A DNA stretch of 64,000 bases, from the IMG/VR virus record IMGVR_UViG_3300037804_000366; one strand, given 5' to 3'. Positions 63,888-64,000 of this stretch are shown here, one piece after another (positions within the stretch are counted from its first letter, which is position 1; the number at the start of each line of letters is the position of its first letter). The DNA is from an uncultured virus (IMG/VR IMGVR_UViG_3300037804_000366) (taxonomy: Duplodnaviria; Heunggongvirae; Uroviricota; Caudoviricetes). The translations under genes were made by a program, and so were the position numbers. The notes under the pieces are model-generated. The model was not told the origin of the DNA, ran no database searches, and saw nothing but the letters and a program-made list of their open reading frames with translations.

Positions 63888-64000
63888 ACAACGCGGCTCT
63901 AGTTATAGCTCAGTTTGGAAATGGCTGGCCATATTTGGACTTATGGCTCTCTACCGTAGCTAGGCAAAATATGGATGTTTTGTTTTTTACGAATTATGAT
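63884..64000 (+). CDS. DUF6625-like protein N-terminus (3' truncated)
   Basis: GTGA overlap; AQFGNGWPYLDLWLSTVARQNMDVLFFTN. Confidence 0.65.
   Translation, partial: MNNAALVIAQFGNGWPYLDLWLSTVARQNMDVLFFTNYD

Noticed and set aside
1..64000. Alternative genetic code / stop reassignment
   Set aside because: Conserved genes are intact under code 11 and end in all three stops with tight overlaps

Overview
The window is essentially one complete (~64 kb, circularly permuted) tailed dsDNA phage genome. It has a lambda-type head module (Nu1-like terS, GpA-like terL, gpW-like, lambda-type portal, protease/scaffold, DUF2190-like cement, major capsid) and a siphovirus-like tail (two tube paralogues, tape measure, two Cys-rich fibre chains). 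It also carries a recombination/replication module (RecT-like, Cas4-like nuclease, SSB-like, resolvase, primase-helicase), a reverse-strand GC-richer putative early island with a MoxR/vWA/metallopeptidase trio, and a glycan-modification gene set wrapping round the window ends. No integrase, DNA polymerase, tRNA, CRISPR or recognisable endolysin was seen. Most striking: (1) about 20 very basic, Gly-zipper-containing ORFs, some interleaved in the head genes, most sharing an acidic 'LEExLDExIEF' motif that also occurs in portal and scaffold, suggesting a protease-cleaved capsid-targeting tag with variable cargo (ADP-ribosyltransferase-like, SAP domain); (2) two adjacent fibre genes with mirror-image cysteine spacing, implying an antiparallel disulfide-laddered heteromeric fibre; (3) a (G)TTGACA-N14/15-ATG element at nine late-region starts plus a stand-alone sigma70 region-4 protein; (4) a C5 DNA methyltransferase split over two fully overlapping frames; (5) apparent genome-wide CCWGG avoidance. 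Family assignments come from motif recognition by eye, not database searches.
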